DNA of 64,000 bases from Flavobacteriales bacterium (GCA_014381465.1 JACNLP010000043.1:3010-67009); one strand, 5' to 3'. Numbered from the stretch's first letter, positions 1 through 8,578 are shown. A program made the numbers and translations. The notes: generated by a model not told the origin, from the letters alone.

Positions 1-266
1 GTGCTTGTTTCATTTACAATTAGCTGATAATCGCCAGCCAAAAGATTAGAAATATCTTTAACAACAGAAGAAAAACCCAAAGGCCCTGTCCAGAAATAAA
101 GGGTAGTTGCTGGGCTAGATGCCACATTTACGCTAATTGCCCCAGTATTATCGCCATAACAATTGATGTGCGTTGCTTCATCCAAAGTGATGCTGCATTG
201 CGCCATAATTACAGATGGAATAAGGGCAAAAACTACAACTATTATAATTTTTAGTTTTGAAATCAT
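1..266 (-). CDS. Secreted repeat protein, N-terminal fragment; the gene continues off the left edge. Repeats resemble the SprB type.
   Basis: My translation from the ATG (complement of 264-266) gives MISKLKIIIVVVFALIPSVIMAQCSITLDEATHINCYGDNTGAISVNV...GDYQLIVNETS. It has a signal peptide followed by a C..C.G...G.I pattern like SprB-type adhesin repeats. It is absent from the ORF track because it runs off the window. Confidence 0.55.
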   Translation of the reverse strand, partial: MISKLKIIIVVVFALIPSVIMAQCSITLDEATHINCYGDNTGAISVNVASSPATTLYFWTGPLGFSSVVKDISNLLAGDYQLIVNETS

Positions 267-283
267 TTGTTTAAAATTGGAAG

Positions 284-291
284 CAAATTTA
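284..291 (-). promoter_or_regulatory. Candidate Bacteroidota -7 promoter box (TAnnTTTG)
   Basis: TAAATTTG on the minus strand, 17 nt upstream of the ATG at 266. Confidence 0.35.
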
Positions 292-363
292 ACATTTATT
301 AAATTAATAGAGAAGAAGTGAATTTTAAAATGTGCGGAATTTTGACAATTTGTTTATTTTGAG

Positions 364-371
364 TATGTTTG
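364..371 (+). promoter_or_regulatory. Candidate Bacteroidota -7 promoter box (TAnnTTTG)
   Basis: TATGTTTG, 21 nt upstream of the ATG at 393. The TTG start at 369 in the ORF track lies inside this box, which favours 393. Confidence 0.4.
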
Positions 372-392
372 AGGAGATTAAAATTTAAGATT

Positions 393-1601
393 ATGAAATA
401 CAAAGTATTCAGGAACACAAATAAAAACTTTTTTAATGTGAGTAAAAAACTACTACTGATATTAATTGCTTTACCAATGATTGGCTTTGGGCAACAACAA
501 ACCTATGTGCCTGATGATCTTTTTGAAGATTATTTAGAAAACAACGGAATGGGTAACGGAATACCTAATGATGATTATGTAACTACTGCAAATATTGATT
601 GGATAGATACCCTAGATTTCAACAATGTCTCTACTGTTTCTGATTTAACAGGTCTTGAAGATTTTATTGGTTTAATTTATTTGCGTTGTCAAGGACATTC
701 GATTACATCTATAAACATCACCAATAACATTATGTTACAATACCTAGATTGCTTTAGTAATCAACTCACCACACTTGATGTTAGTCAAAATACTGCTTTA
801 ACTTATTTGGATTGTTCTGTTAATCCACTCACAACACTTGATGTAAGTAATAATACGCTTTTGACTGAATTGTGGTGCTATGACAATCAACTCACAAGCC
901 TTGATGTAAGTAATAATACTACTTTAACTTATTTGGTTTTGAACGGGAATTACGATCTTCCATCTTTGGATTTAACACAAAATACTGCTTTAACTTATTT
1001 GGATTGTGGAAATAATGATATAATGACTTCTTTAGATGTAAGTAATAATACGCTTTTGACTGAATTGTGGTGTGATGAGTGTACTCAACTCACTTCTTTA
1101 GATGTAAGTGGAGCTACTGCTTTAGAAGGTTTGTTTGTTGTTTCTACACAACTCACTTCTTTAGATGTAAGTAATAATATAGCTTTAAAATATCTAGACT
1201 GTATAGCTAATCTACTTACTAGTTTAGATTTGAGTAATAATGTGGATTTAAGAGAATTAGATTGTCAAGTAAATCAACTTACCAGTTTGGATGTTAGAAG
1301 TGGAAATAATTCTATTTTGTATTCTTTCAAAACTAGTGGTAATCCGAATTTAACTTGCATAGCTGTTGATAATCCTACTTGGTCTACCGCTAATTGGATG
1401 GGAAACGATATAGACCCACAACATTACTTCAGTAATAATTGTAGTGGCTCAACTGCAATTTCAGAAACAAAACACACAAGTAAATCGCTTCTAAAAACTA
1501 CAGACATCTTAGGTAAAGAAACTCCCCAAAAACCAAATACACCACTCTTTTATATGTATGATGATGGAACAGTGGAAAAAAGAATAGTTATAGAAAAATA
1601 A
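393..1601 (+). CDS. Secreted leucine-rich-repeat protein with a short conserved C-terminal tail
   Basis: N-terminal hydrophobic segment LLLILIALPMIGFG. About ten ~21-aa units of the form LTxLD(V/C)SxNxxLTxLxC. The C-terminus DILGKETPQKPNTPLFYMYDDGTVEKRIVIEK is shared with two other proteins. Confidence 0.8.
   Translation: MKYKVFRNTNKNFFNVSKKLLLILIALPMIGFGQQQTYVPDDLFEDYLENNGMGNGIPNDDYVTTANIDWIDTLDFNNVSTVSDLTGLEDFIGLIYLRCQGHSITSINITNNIMLQYLDCFSNQLTTLDVSQNTALTYLDCSVNPLTTLDVSNNTLLTELWCYDNQLTSLDVSNNTTLTYLVLNGNYDLPSLDLTQNTALTYLDCGNNDIMTSLDVSNNTLLTELWCDECTQLTSLDVSGATALEGLFVVSTQLTSLDVSNNIALKYLDCIANLLTSLDLSNNVDLRELDCQVNQLTSLDVRSGNNSILYSFKTSGNPNLTCIAVDNPTWSTANWMGNDIDPQHYFSNNCSGSTAISETKHTSKSLLKTTDILGKETPQKPNTPLFYMYDDGTVEKRIVIEK
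636..1299 (+). repeat. Tandem coding repeats (LRR units of about 63-66 bp) containing a near-identical 192-195 bp internal duplication
   Basis: caaaatactgctttaacttatttggattgt occurs at 786 and 978. gatgtaagtaataatacgcttttgactgaattgtggtg occurs at 840 and 1035. Confidence 0.8.
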
Positions 1602-1643
1602 TACTTTAAAATTAATTAAATATTCACTAAAAAAAATAGAATT

Positions 1644-2654
1644 ATGAAAAAATCAACTTTAATTATTATCTTTATGAGCGTTGTATATAACTCTTCTGCT
1701 CAAACTATTGTGTATACTGATGTAGGAAGCAAACATGTTGTAATTGAAGAGTTTACTGGTATAAAATGTGGTAATTGCCCTCAGGGTCATGCAGAACTTG
1801 AAAGCATTATTTCATCAAACCCTGCAGGAATGGTGCATACTATTAGTTATAATCCTACCAATTCAAGTTATACTGACCCCGGAACGACTGGAGGGACTGA
1901 TTTTAGAAGGCAATTTACAGATGCATTTTACACAGCATCCTATTGTTCACCTTCTTCAGGTTCAAGGTATATGCCATCAGCATTTATAAATAGAAGAATT
2001 CAAGTTAATGGTGATATATTACAGAGCAGATCAGAATGGGCTCCTTATGCTTCAACAATATCTGCAGAAACTGCACCATTAAATATTGGGCTAAAATCTG
2101 TTTATAATTCAGTAAGTCAAAACTTAACTATTGATGTTGAAGTTTACTTCACTAGCACTATCAATTCATCAACTAGTGTATATATTTTAATCTCAGAAGA
2201 TAGTCTTACTTCTACCTACCAAGCAGGGTCATCAGCATCAACTTCAAATCCTTACATATATAAACATACATTTAGAGAAAATATAAGTAATGGACAATGG
2301 GGAGATCCTATCACATCTGGAACTACTCAAGGCAGTTTATATAGTAATCAGTATGTTTTTGATTTAACAACAACTATTGATCAAATCAATATTGAAAATG
2401 CACATGTTCTAGCATTTGTTGTAGATGATGCTAGTAATAGTAAAGAAATATATACTGGAATTAGTGTAGAAGCAAATGGAGGTCAAGAATCTACAGGAAC
2501 CCCCCAAGCAACTGGCTTACAAGAACAAATAAAAGATAAAAAGATACTACATATCACAGATCTTTTAGGCAGAGAAACAGAACCAACAAAAAATACCCCT
2601 TTATTTTATATTTATGATGATGGAACAGTAGAAAAAAGAATAGTTATAGAGTAA
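1644..2654 (+). CDS. Omp28-related / thioredoxin-like secreted protein with the short conserved C-terminal tail
   Basis: Signal peptide MKKSTLIIIFMSVVYNSSAQ. The EEFTGIKCGNCPQGH CxxC segment resembles Omp28-related proteins of Bacteroidota. The tail is DLLGRETEPTKNTPLFYIYDDGTVEKRIVIE. Confidence 0.6.
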   Translation: MKKSTLIIIFMSVVYNSSAQTIVYTDVGSKHVVIEEFTGIKCGNCPQGHAELESIISSNPAGMVHTISYNPTNSSYTDPGTTGGTDFRRQFTDAFYTASYCSPSSGSRYMPSAFINRRIQVNGDILQSRSEWAPYASTISAETAPLNIGLKSVYNSVSQNLTIDVEVYFTSTINSSTSVYILISEDSLTSTYQAGSSASTSNPYIYKHTFRENISNGQWGDPITSGTTQGSLYSNQYVFDLTTTIDQINIENAHVLAFVVDDASNSKEIYTGISVEANGGQESTGTPQATGLQEQIKDKKILHITDLLGRETEPTKNTPLFYIYDDGTVEKRIVIE

Positions 2655-2704
2655 AACTGCATATTTTCTATTATATAATATGCCATTTTGAGAACGCTTA
2701 AAAC

Positions 2705-2735
2705 TAAAAAAAGCCCCAAATTGGGGCTTTTCTTT
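2705..2735. terminator. Bidirectional rho-independent terminator
   Basis: 7-bp stem agcccca/tggggct with a 3-nt loop, an A-run upstream and a T-run downstream. It lies between the convergent CDS ending at 2654 and tRNA-Cys. Confidence 0.75.
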
Positions 2736-2736
2736 T

Positions 2737-2807
2737 GAGGTCTCGAGCGGATTCGAACCGCTGTAGATGCTTTTGCAGAGCACTGCCTAGCCGCTCGGCC
2801 ACGAGAC
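2737..2807 (-). tRNA. tRNA-Cys (GCA)
   Basis: The reverse complement GGTCTCGTGGCCGAGCGGCTAGGCAGTGCTCTGCAAAAGCATCTACAGCGGTTCGAATCCGCTCGAGACCT folds as a cloverleaf. Acceptor GGTCTCG/CGAGACC, anticodon loop CTGCAAA, T-loop TTCGAAT, discriminator U. No CCA is encoded. Confidence 0.9.
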
Positions 2808-2843
2808 CCTATTTTTAAAGGTGTGCAAATTTAATCAATTATC

Positions 2844-3212
2844 TCATTCTTGCAAGTCCTTTCGCTCTGCTTTAATGGTTACTGAGATTTTTTCGAAAGC
2901 AGCATCAATAGGAGGGGCGATTTTCTGCACCTCCACTTTTACTTTTTGTACTTTATGTAAAGGTAAGATTGTATCGACAATTCTTTTTGCAGGAACTTCA
3001 ATCATATCTGCTCTTACTGCCATTTGCTCCTTTACAATTTCTATGATTTTCACATAATCCACTGTATCATTAAGGTCGTCTGTTTTTTCTACTTCAGCCG
3101 TGTCAGCAGTTACCCAAACATTTACAATAAAATGTCCTCCTAAAACTGCTTCTTCTGGTAAGTGCCCATGATGAGCAAAAACCCTAATTCCTTCTACTGT
3201 AATTAATCCCAT
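2844..3212 (-). CDS. folB: Dihydroneopterin aldolase
   Basis: 122 aa. VFAHHGHLPEEAVLGGHFIVNVWV is typical of FolB. Its ATG overlaps the gltX stop (TAATG). Confidence 0.8.
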   Translation of the reverse strand: MGLITVEGIRVFAHHGHLPEEAVLGGHFIVNVWVTADTAEVEKTDDLNDTVDYVKIIEIVKEQMAVRADMIEVPAKRIVDTILPLHKVQKVKVEVQKIAPPIDAAFEKISVTIKAERKDLQE

Positions 3213-4735
3213 TAATTAATTGTATTTAGTGCCGTTTCCATTCTATTTATTGTTTCTTCTTTTCCTAAAAGTGATGCAATATCAAACAAAGAAGGTCCCA
3301 TTCCAAGTCCTGTTAACGACACCCTAAAAGCAGGTAATAATTTCCCCATTCCTAATTCATTTTCTTCTAAGTATGTTTTAAATTCTATCTCAATATTTTC
3401 TGAGGAGAAATCAGATAATCCAACTAACCTATCTTTTAATTCTCTCATATATTTTGGCGTGTCTTCTTTCCATTTTTTACGGATAGTTTTTTCATCATAA
3501 GTAGTTGGTGCTGAAAAATAATATTTCCCTTCCTCCCACATGTCTTTTATAAAAGTGGCTCTTTCTTTTAACTGTTCACAAACAGTAGCAACAAATTTAT
3601 CATCAGCCTCTACCCCATTTTCTTTTAGGATAACTTGCAAACCTTGTGCTAATTCTTCTTTTGATTTCACTCTTAAATACTGCTGATTGAACCATCTTGT
3701 TTTATCAAAATCAAACTTTGCTCCTGCCTTCCCTACTCTCTCTAAACTAAAAGCTTCTATCAACTCCTCCATTGAGAAAATCTCTTGTGTAGTACCTGGG
3801 TTCCAGCCTAAAAAAGAAAGCATATTTATAAAGGCCTCTTTAATATAACCTCCTTCTCTGTAACCTGAACTTACTTCTTTTGTTTCTGGGTTAGTCCACT
3901 GAGTTGGGAAAACTGGAAATCCTAATCTATCTCCATCTCTTTTATTTAACTTTCCGTTTCCATCAGGTTTTAGGATTAAAGGCAAGTGTGCAAATTCTGG
4001 CATTTCATCTTCCCACCCTAAATACTTATACAATAAAACATGTAAAGGTGCAGAAGGCAACCACTCCTCCCCTCTTATTACATGAGAAATTTTCATAGTA
4101 TAATCATCAACAACATTTGCCAAATGATAAGTTGGCATTCCATCAGATTTAAAGATAACTTTATCATCCATATGGTTTGTATTTACAACTACCCACCCTC
4201 TAATAATATCATTTAGTTTTACCTCTTCATTTCTAGGCATTTTTATTCTGATAGCATAAGGATCGCCTGCATCTAATCTTTTTTGCACCTCATCTTCTGA
4301 TAAAGCTAAAGAGTTTTGCATAGTAGTACGAGTAACCGCATTGTATTGTGGTGAAGGAACTCCTGCAGCTTTCATTCTCTCACGCATTGCTGTTAATTCT
4401 TCTGAAGTATCAAAAGCATAATAAGCAAAACCATCTTTTACCAATTGCTCGGCATAAGGCAAGTACATTGCTTTTCTTTCGGATTGCTTATAAGGCCCAT
4501 ATTCTCCCCCATCTACTACTGATTCATCCAATTCAATGCCACACCATTTTAACGCATCAATTAAGTATTCCTCAGCTCCTGGAACAAATCTTGTTTGATC
4601 AGTATCTTCAATACGCAAAATCATTTTTCCTCCTTTATTTTTAGCAAAAAGGTAATTATATAATGCAGTTCTTACTCCTCCAATATGTAGTGGCCCTGTT
4701 GGGCTTGGTGCAAATCTTACTCTTACTTCTGACAT
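3212..4735 (-). CDS. gltX: Glutamate--tRNA ligase
   Basis: RFAPSPTGPLHIGG is the HIGH motif and KLNKR the KMSKS-like motif. I chose the ATG at 4735 (MSEVRVRF) over the upstream TTG at 4759 in the ORF track. Confidence 0.93.
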   Translation of the reverse strand: MSEVRVRFAPSPTGPLHIGGVRTALYNYLFAKNKGGKMILRIEDTDQTRFVPGAEEYLIDALKWCGIELDESVVDGGEYGPYKQSERKAMYLPYAEQLVKDGFAYYAFDTSEELTAMRERMKAAGVPSPQYNAVTRTTMQNSLALSEDEVQKRLDAGDPYAIRIKMPRNEEVKLNDIIRGWVVVNTNHMDDKVIFKSDGMPTYHLANVVDDYTMKISHVIRGEEWLPSAPLHVLLYKYLGWEDEMPEFAHLPLILKPDGNGKLNKRDGDRLGFPVFPTQWTNPETKEVSSGYREGGYIKEAFINMLSFLGWNPGTTQEIFSMEELIEAFSLERVGKAGAKFDFDKTRWFNQQYLRVKSKEELAQGLQVILKENGVEADDKFVATVCEQLKERATFIKDMWEEGKYYFSAPTTYDEKTIRKKWKEDTPKYMRELKDRLVGLSDFSSENIEIEFKTYLEENELGMGKLLPAFRVSLTGLGMGPSLFDIASLLGKEETINRMETALNTIN

Positions 4736-4809
4736 TTTATTAAAATTATTCGGCTGCAAAGATAAGCTTTATCAGATAAATGCGTTTGACAATTTGAAGG
4801 ATAAAATTG

Positions 4810-4817
4810 TACCTTTG
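4810..4817 (+). promoter_or_regulatory. Candidate -7 promoter box (TAnnTTTG) abutting the start codon
   Basis: TACCTTTG, only 6 nt before the ATG at 4824. Confidence 0.3.
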
Positions 4818-4823
4818 CAATCC

Positions 4824-7800
4824 ATGAAAAATACGACACAACATTTGTTTGATAAATTAAATGAGTTTATCAGTAAATTCTACAAGAATCAATTGATTCG
4901 TGGAGGGATTTATTCTGCATCTGTTCTACTGATTTTCTTTCTTGTTTTTTCCGTTTTAGAATATTATTCTCAGTTTGATATAATTGTTCGTTCCATTTTA
5001 TTTTGGACTTATGTTATTATCAATGCCTTTATTCTATACCGATTTGTGATTGTTCCTTTGCTGCATTTGTATCGATATGGTAAAATTATGAGCATGGAAA
5101 AAGCAGCTGAAATAATTGGGAAACACTTTTCTGGGGTAGATGATAAACTGCTGAATGTTTTAGAGTTAAATAAAATGAGTGAAGATGATAACACTTTAAT
5201 TCAGGCGAGTATTAATCAGAAAATTTCTGAAATTTCTTCTTTTTCTTTCTCTGCTGTAATTAATTTTTCAGAAAATAAAAAATACACAAAATGGATAGCA
5301 TTTCCACTCCTAATTGTATTGTTCTTTTTTGCTTCTGGGAACAAACACATACTAACGGAAAGCTCTGCACGCATAATAAAACACAATACCTTTTTTGAGC
5401 CAAAAGCCCCTTTTAATTTTATTATTGATGAGGAAAATTTGGAAGTAATTATGCAAAATGATTTCAAGTTGAAACTACATATGGAGGGGAATAGCATTCC
5501 TTCAATGGTATATATTGAGATAGATAATCATCTGTTTAATTTGCCAAAAGACAATGCTACCGACTATCACTTTTTGTTTAAGAATGTGGTATCTGAAAGA
5601 ACTTTTCGTTTTGCTGCAAACGGATTTTATTCTAAAAATTACACTTTAAGCGTTCTTCCAAAACCAGCTATTATTAACTTTGAACTTTTACTTTCTCCTC
5701 CAAAATATACCGGATTAAAAACCGAAAGCTTAACTAATATTGGGGATTTAACTATTCCGGAAGGGACGCATGTTAATTGGTCCTTTGATGTGAAAAATAC
5801 TGATAGATTGTTTTTAGAAATAGAAACAAAGCGGTATTTGGCAAAGCAAATTACGGATGATAGAATGGCTTTTAATTATCAATTTAAACAATCTGAATTC
5901 TATCAAATTATTACCGAAAATGATTTTTTGATTTCTGATAGTATTGCTTATCATATAAATATTATTCCGGATGCTTACCCAACTATTATTGTAGAGCAAG
6001 AAATTGACAGTATTGGAGAAAAAATATTTTTTAGCGGAATTGCAAAAGATGACTATAAAATAAGCAAATTGGAATTTTGTTATCAGATAAAAAAGAAAGA
6101 TAGCACGATTATTGAAGTAACAGAAATTACTATTGAAAAAGTTTCGCAACAACAATTTTTCCATCATACAGATATTTCCATACTTAATTTGGAATTGGGT
6201 GATAAGCTCACTTATTATTTTAAGCTTTGGGATAATGATGGAGTAAATGGCTCAAAATTTACTAAAAGTCAGCTTTTTAATCTTAATGCGCCAAATGCGG
6301 AAAACTTAAATAATCAGTTGGAAAAAGAAGAAAATAGGATAAAATCTGATTTGCAAAAAAGCATTAATTTGGCAAAAGATATTAAAAAAGATATTAAATC
6401 CTTGAATAAGGATTTACTAGAAAAAAAGAAGTTGGGCTGGGAAGAAAAGAAAAAGATGGAGGCATTGGTAGAAAAGCAAAAAGCTTTACAAAATCAGATG
6501 ACACAGTTAAAAGAAAAGAACTCAGCCAAACAGAAAAAACTAGAAAGATATAAAAAAGTATCGCCTGAACTTTTGGAAAAACAAAAGCAATTAGAAAAAT
6601 TGTTTGATGAAGTATTGGATGAAGAAACAAAAAAACTTTTGGAGGAGATGCAGAAAATGATGGAGGAGATGAATAAGGAAGATTTGAAGGAAATGCTAGA
6701 TAAAATGGAACAAGATGATGCTGATTTAGAAAAAGAATTAGATAGAAATTTGGAGCTTTTTAAGCAATTGGAATTTGAACAAAAATTAGAACAAGCCCTA
6801 GATAAAGTTAAGGAGTTAAAAGAGAAACAAAAAGAGCTGAAAGAAAAAACAGATGATAAAAAATCAGACACGGAAAAACTTGCCAAAGAACAAGAAAATT
6901 TGAAAAAGGAATTTGACGATTTGAAAAAGGAAATCGAGCAGCTGGAAGAGAAAAATCAGCAGTTGGAAGAGAAAAATAAAATGCCAAATACTGAAACTCA
7001 GGAAAAAGAAATTTCTGAAAAAATGCAAGAAAGTAAAGATGCCTTAGAAAAAAATAAGAAAAAGAAATCGTCCAAATCTCAGGATGATGCCTTAGAGAAA
7101 ATGGATGAGTTGGAACAAAAATTACAAACATTGCAAGCAAGTTCTTGCTCTTCTGCACAAGAGGAAGACATGGAAACTTTAAGGCAAATTCTAGAAAATT
7201 TGATTCATCTTTCATTCGAGCAAGAAGATTTGATGCAAAAAGTAAAGGTTACTCCAAAAAACAGTCCTTCTTATGTAAATCTTGTGAAAACACAAAAGAA
7301 ATTAGTGGATGATGCAGTAATTATTGAGGATTCCCTTTTTGCCCTTAGTAAAAGGGTAGTGCAAATTCAGCATGCCGTGAATAAAGAAATTGCTTTAATA
7401 AAAAATAATATGTCTTTCGCGACTAAAAACTTGGAAGAAAGAATCGTAAATAAAGCAATGGGGGAGCAACAATTTGCAATGACTTCTGCCAACAATTTAG
7501 CTTTAATATTATCGGAAATGCTAAACCAAATGCAGAAAGATTTGGCAAACAAACAAAAAGGAAGTAAGCAGTGCAACAAGCAATGTAACAAGCCAGGATC
7601 TGGGAAACCATCTCTTTCAAAATTGAAAAAAATGCAGAAAAAATTGAATGAACAAATGAAAGGGATGATGGGGAAAAAAGGAAAAAAGAAAGGAGAAAAA
7701 CTAAATAATGGCCAATGTAAAAACTTATCCAAGCTATCACAGCAACAAGAAAGCATTCGCAAGCAATTGCAAGAACTAAGAGACGAAATCGGGAAAAGTG

Positions 7801-8141
7801 GGGAGAAAGGAAATATTGATAAAATGATAAAAAAAATGGAAGAAAATGAAATTGATATTGTCAATAATAAAATAACACAGGAAACGATTAGAAGGCAAGA
7901 AGATATTCTAAGCAGATTGCTAGAAGCTGAAAAGGCAGAAAGAGAAAAAGAGGAAGAACCAAAAAAAGAATCAATCGAATGGAAATATGAGCTTATAAAT
8001 ACAAATAACAGCTATTCTGACTACAAAAAACAAAAAGAAAAGCAAATGGAATTACTCAAAACAAAACCTGCCCAACTTTCTCCTTTTTATAAAAAGAAAG
8101 TGTCAGAATATTTTAATGAACTTAGTAAAAAAGCCCAATGA
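4824..8141 (+). CDS. Large membrane-anchored coiled-coil protein of unknown function. From memory it resembles the DUF4175-type protein found next to ybeY in Flavobacteriia.
   Basis: About 1105 aa. N-terminal hydrophobic helices (IYSASVLLIFFLVFSVL, ILFWTYVIINAFILY, WIAFPLLIVLFFFA), then a beta-rich middle, then a long K/E-rich heptad region (about 6250-7100) and a CNKQCNK segment. Its stop overlaps the ybeY start (ATGA). Confidence 0.6.
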   Translation: MKNTTQHLFDKLNEFISKFYKNQLIRGGIYSASVLLIFFLVFSVLEYYSQFDIIVRSILFWTYVIINAFILYRFVIVPLLHLYRYGKIMSMEKAAEIIGKHFSGVDDKLLNVLELNKMSEDDNTLIQASINQKISEISSFSFSAVINFSENKKYTKWIAFPLLIVLFFFASGNKHILTESSARIIKHNTFFEPKAPFNFIIDEENLEVIMQNDFKLKLHMEGNSIPSMVYIEIDNHLFNLPKDNATDYHFLFKNVVSERTFRFAANGFYSKNYTLSVLPKPAIINFELLLSPPKYTGLKTESLTNIGDLTIPEGTHVNWSFDVKNTDRLFLEIETKRYLAKQITDDRMAFNYQFKQSEFYQIITENDFLISDSIAYHINIIPDAYPTIIVEQEIDSIGEKIFFSGIAKDDYKISKLEFCYQIKKKDSTIIEVTEITIEKVSQQQFFHHTDISILNLELGDKLTYYFKLWDNDGVNGSKFTKSQLFNLNAPNAENLNNQLEKEENRIKSDLQKSINLAKDIKKDIKSLNKDLLEKKKLGWEEKKKMEALVEKQKALQNQMTQLKEKNSAKQKKLERYKKVSPELLEKQKQLEKLFDEVLDEETKKLLEEMQKMMEEMNKEDLKEMLDKMEQDDADLEKELDRNLELFKQLEFEQKLEQALDKVKELKEKQKELKEKTDDKKSDTEKLAKEQENLKKEFDDLKKEIEQLEEKNQQLEEKNKMPNTETQEKEISEKMQESKDALEKNKKKKSSKSQDDALEKMDELEQKLQTLQASSCSSAQEEDMETLRQILENLIHLSFEQEDLMQKVKVTPKNSPSYVNLVKTQKKLVDDAVIIEDSLFALSKRVVQIQHAVNKEIALIKNNMSFATKNLEERIVNKAMGEQQFAMTSANNLALILSEMLNQMQKDLANKQKGSKQCNKQCNKPGSGKPSLSKLKKMQKKLNEQMKGMMGKKGKKKGEKLNNGQCKNLSKLSQQQESIRKQLQELRDEIGKSGEKGNIDKMIKKMEENEIDIVNNKITQETIRRQEDILSRLLEAEKAEREKEEEPKKESIEWKYELINTNNSYSDYKKQKEKQMELLKTKPAQLSPFYKKKVSEYFNELSKKAQ

Positions 8142-8548
8142 TTCTATTTCATTCTGAAACTAATTTTCAGCTAAAACAAAAGGCAGCTACAAAGAAGTGG
8201 ATTATAAAAACAATTGTAAAAGAAGGAAAAACGGCAAAAGACATTAATTTTATTTTTTGTGATGACACTTTTTTGCATGAAAAGAATAAAACTTACCTTG
8301 GGCATGATACCCTTACAGACATTATAACTTTTGATTATTCTGATCAAGATTTACTTTCTGGCGATATTTTTATAAGCATTAATAGGGTAAGGGAAAATGC
8401 ATCCATTCACAGTACTCCTTTTGAAAACGAACTTTCTAGGGTTATTATTCATGGTGTTTTACATTTATTAGGCTATAATGATAAAAGTAAAAAAGAGAAG
8501 GGAATTATGAGAGAGAAAGAAGATTTTTATTTATCTTTGCAAACTTAA
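8138..8548 (+). CDS. ybeY: rRNA maturation endoribonuclease YbeY
   Basis: 136 aa with the metal-binding motif IIHGVLHLLGYND. Confidence 0.85.
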   Translation: MILFHSETNFQLKQKAATKKWIIKTIVKEGKTAKDINFIFCDDTFLHEKNKTYLGHDTLTDIITFDYSDQDLLSGDIFISINRVRENASIHSTPFENELSRVIIHGVLHLLGYNDKSKKEKGIMREKEDFYLSLQT

Positions 8549-8570
8549 TTTTCTGATTATCAGTATTTTA

Positions 8571-8578
8571 TAAATTTG
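8571..8578 (+). promoter_or_regulatory. Candidate -7 promoter box (TAnnTTTG)
   Basis: TAAATTTG, 15 nt upstream of the ATG at 8594. The TTG at 8576 in the ORF track lies inside the box. Confidence 0.4.

Noticed and set aside
369-392. N-terminal extensions in the ORF track that begin at TTG or other upstream codons (369, 4759, 4794, 8576, 17946, 22807, 31138, 35975, 37049, 39773, 50557, 53096, 54127, 55412, 55435, 56454).
   Set aside because: In each case a downstream ATG (GTG for 54049) begins a typical signal peptide or conserved N-terminus. In several cases the upstream codon falls inside a TAnnTTTG box or runs across a terminator or a neighbouring gene (31138 across the atpG terminator, 17946 into the receptor gene).
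636-1299. A regular repeat array that might look like a CRISPR or satellite.
   Set aside because: The repeats are in frame and encode LRR units within one long ORF. There is no invariant repeat alternating with unique spacers. No CRISPR array exists anywhere in the window.
1768-1989. Short internal or antisense ORFs nested in well-supported genes. Examples are 1768-1989, 2821-3057, 3904-4098, 4348-4644, 8581-9078, 32341-32646, 33045-33556, 34271-34639, 47502-48215 and 52047-52673.
   Set aside because: Each lies fully inside a CDS with strong family motifs on the same or opposite strand. None has a recognisable motif or a promoter box.
6394-7864. A set of 78-165 aa minus-strand ORFs (6394-6630, 6494-6886, 6808-7215, 7367-7864, 7423-7740) rich in Ser, Phe and Leu.
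   Set aside because: They lie antisense to the K/E-rich (AAA/GAA codon) coiled-coil region of the 4824-8141 gene. Their low-complexity S/F/L composition is the mirror image of that codon bias, and they lack start context. They are compositional artefacts.
8138-8548. The YbeY metal motif reads HGVLHLLGYND, with Asp where E. coli has the third His (HGxLHLxGYDH). This might suggest an inactive enzyme.
   Set aside because: Asp can also bind the metal. To my recollection this variant is usual in Bacteroidota YbeY, and the rest of the protein is intact. I could not verify this without an alignment, so it is noted here only.
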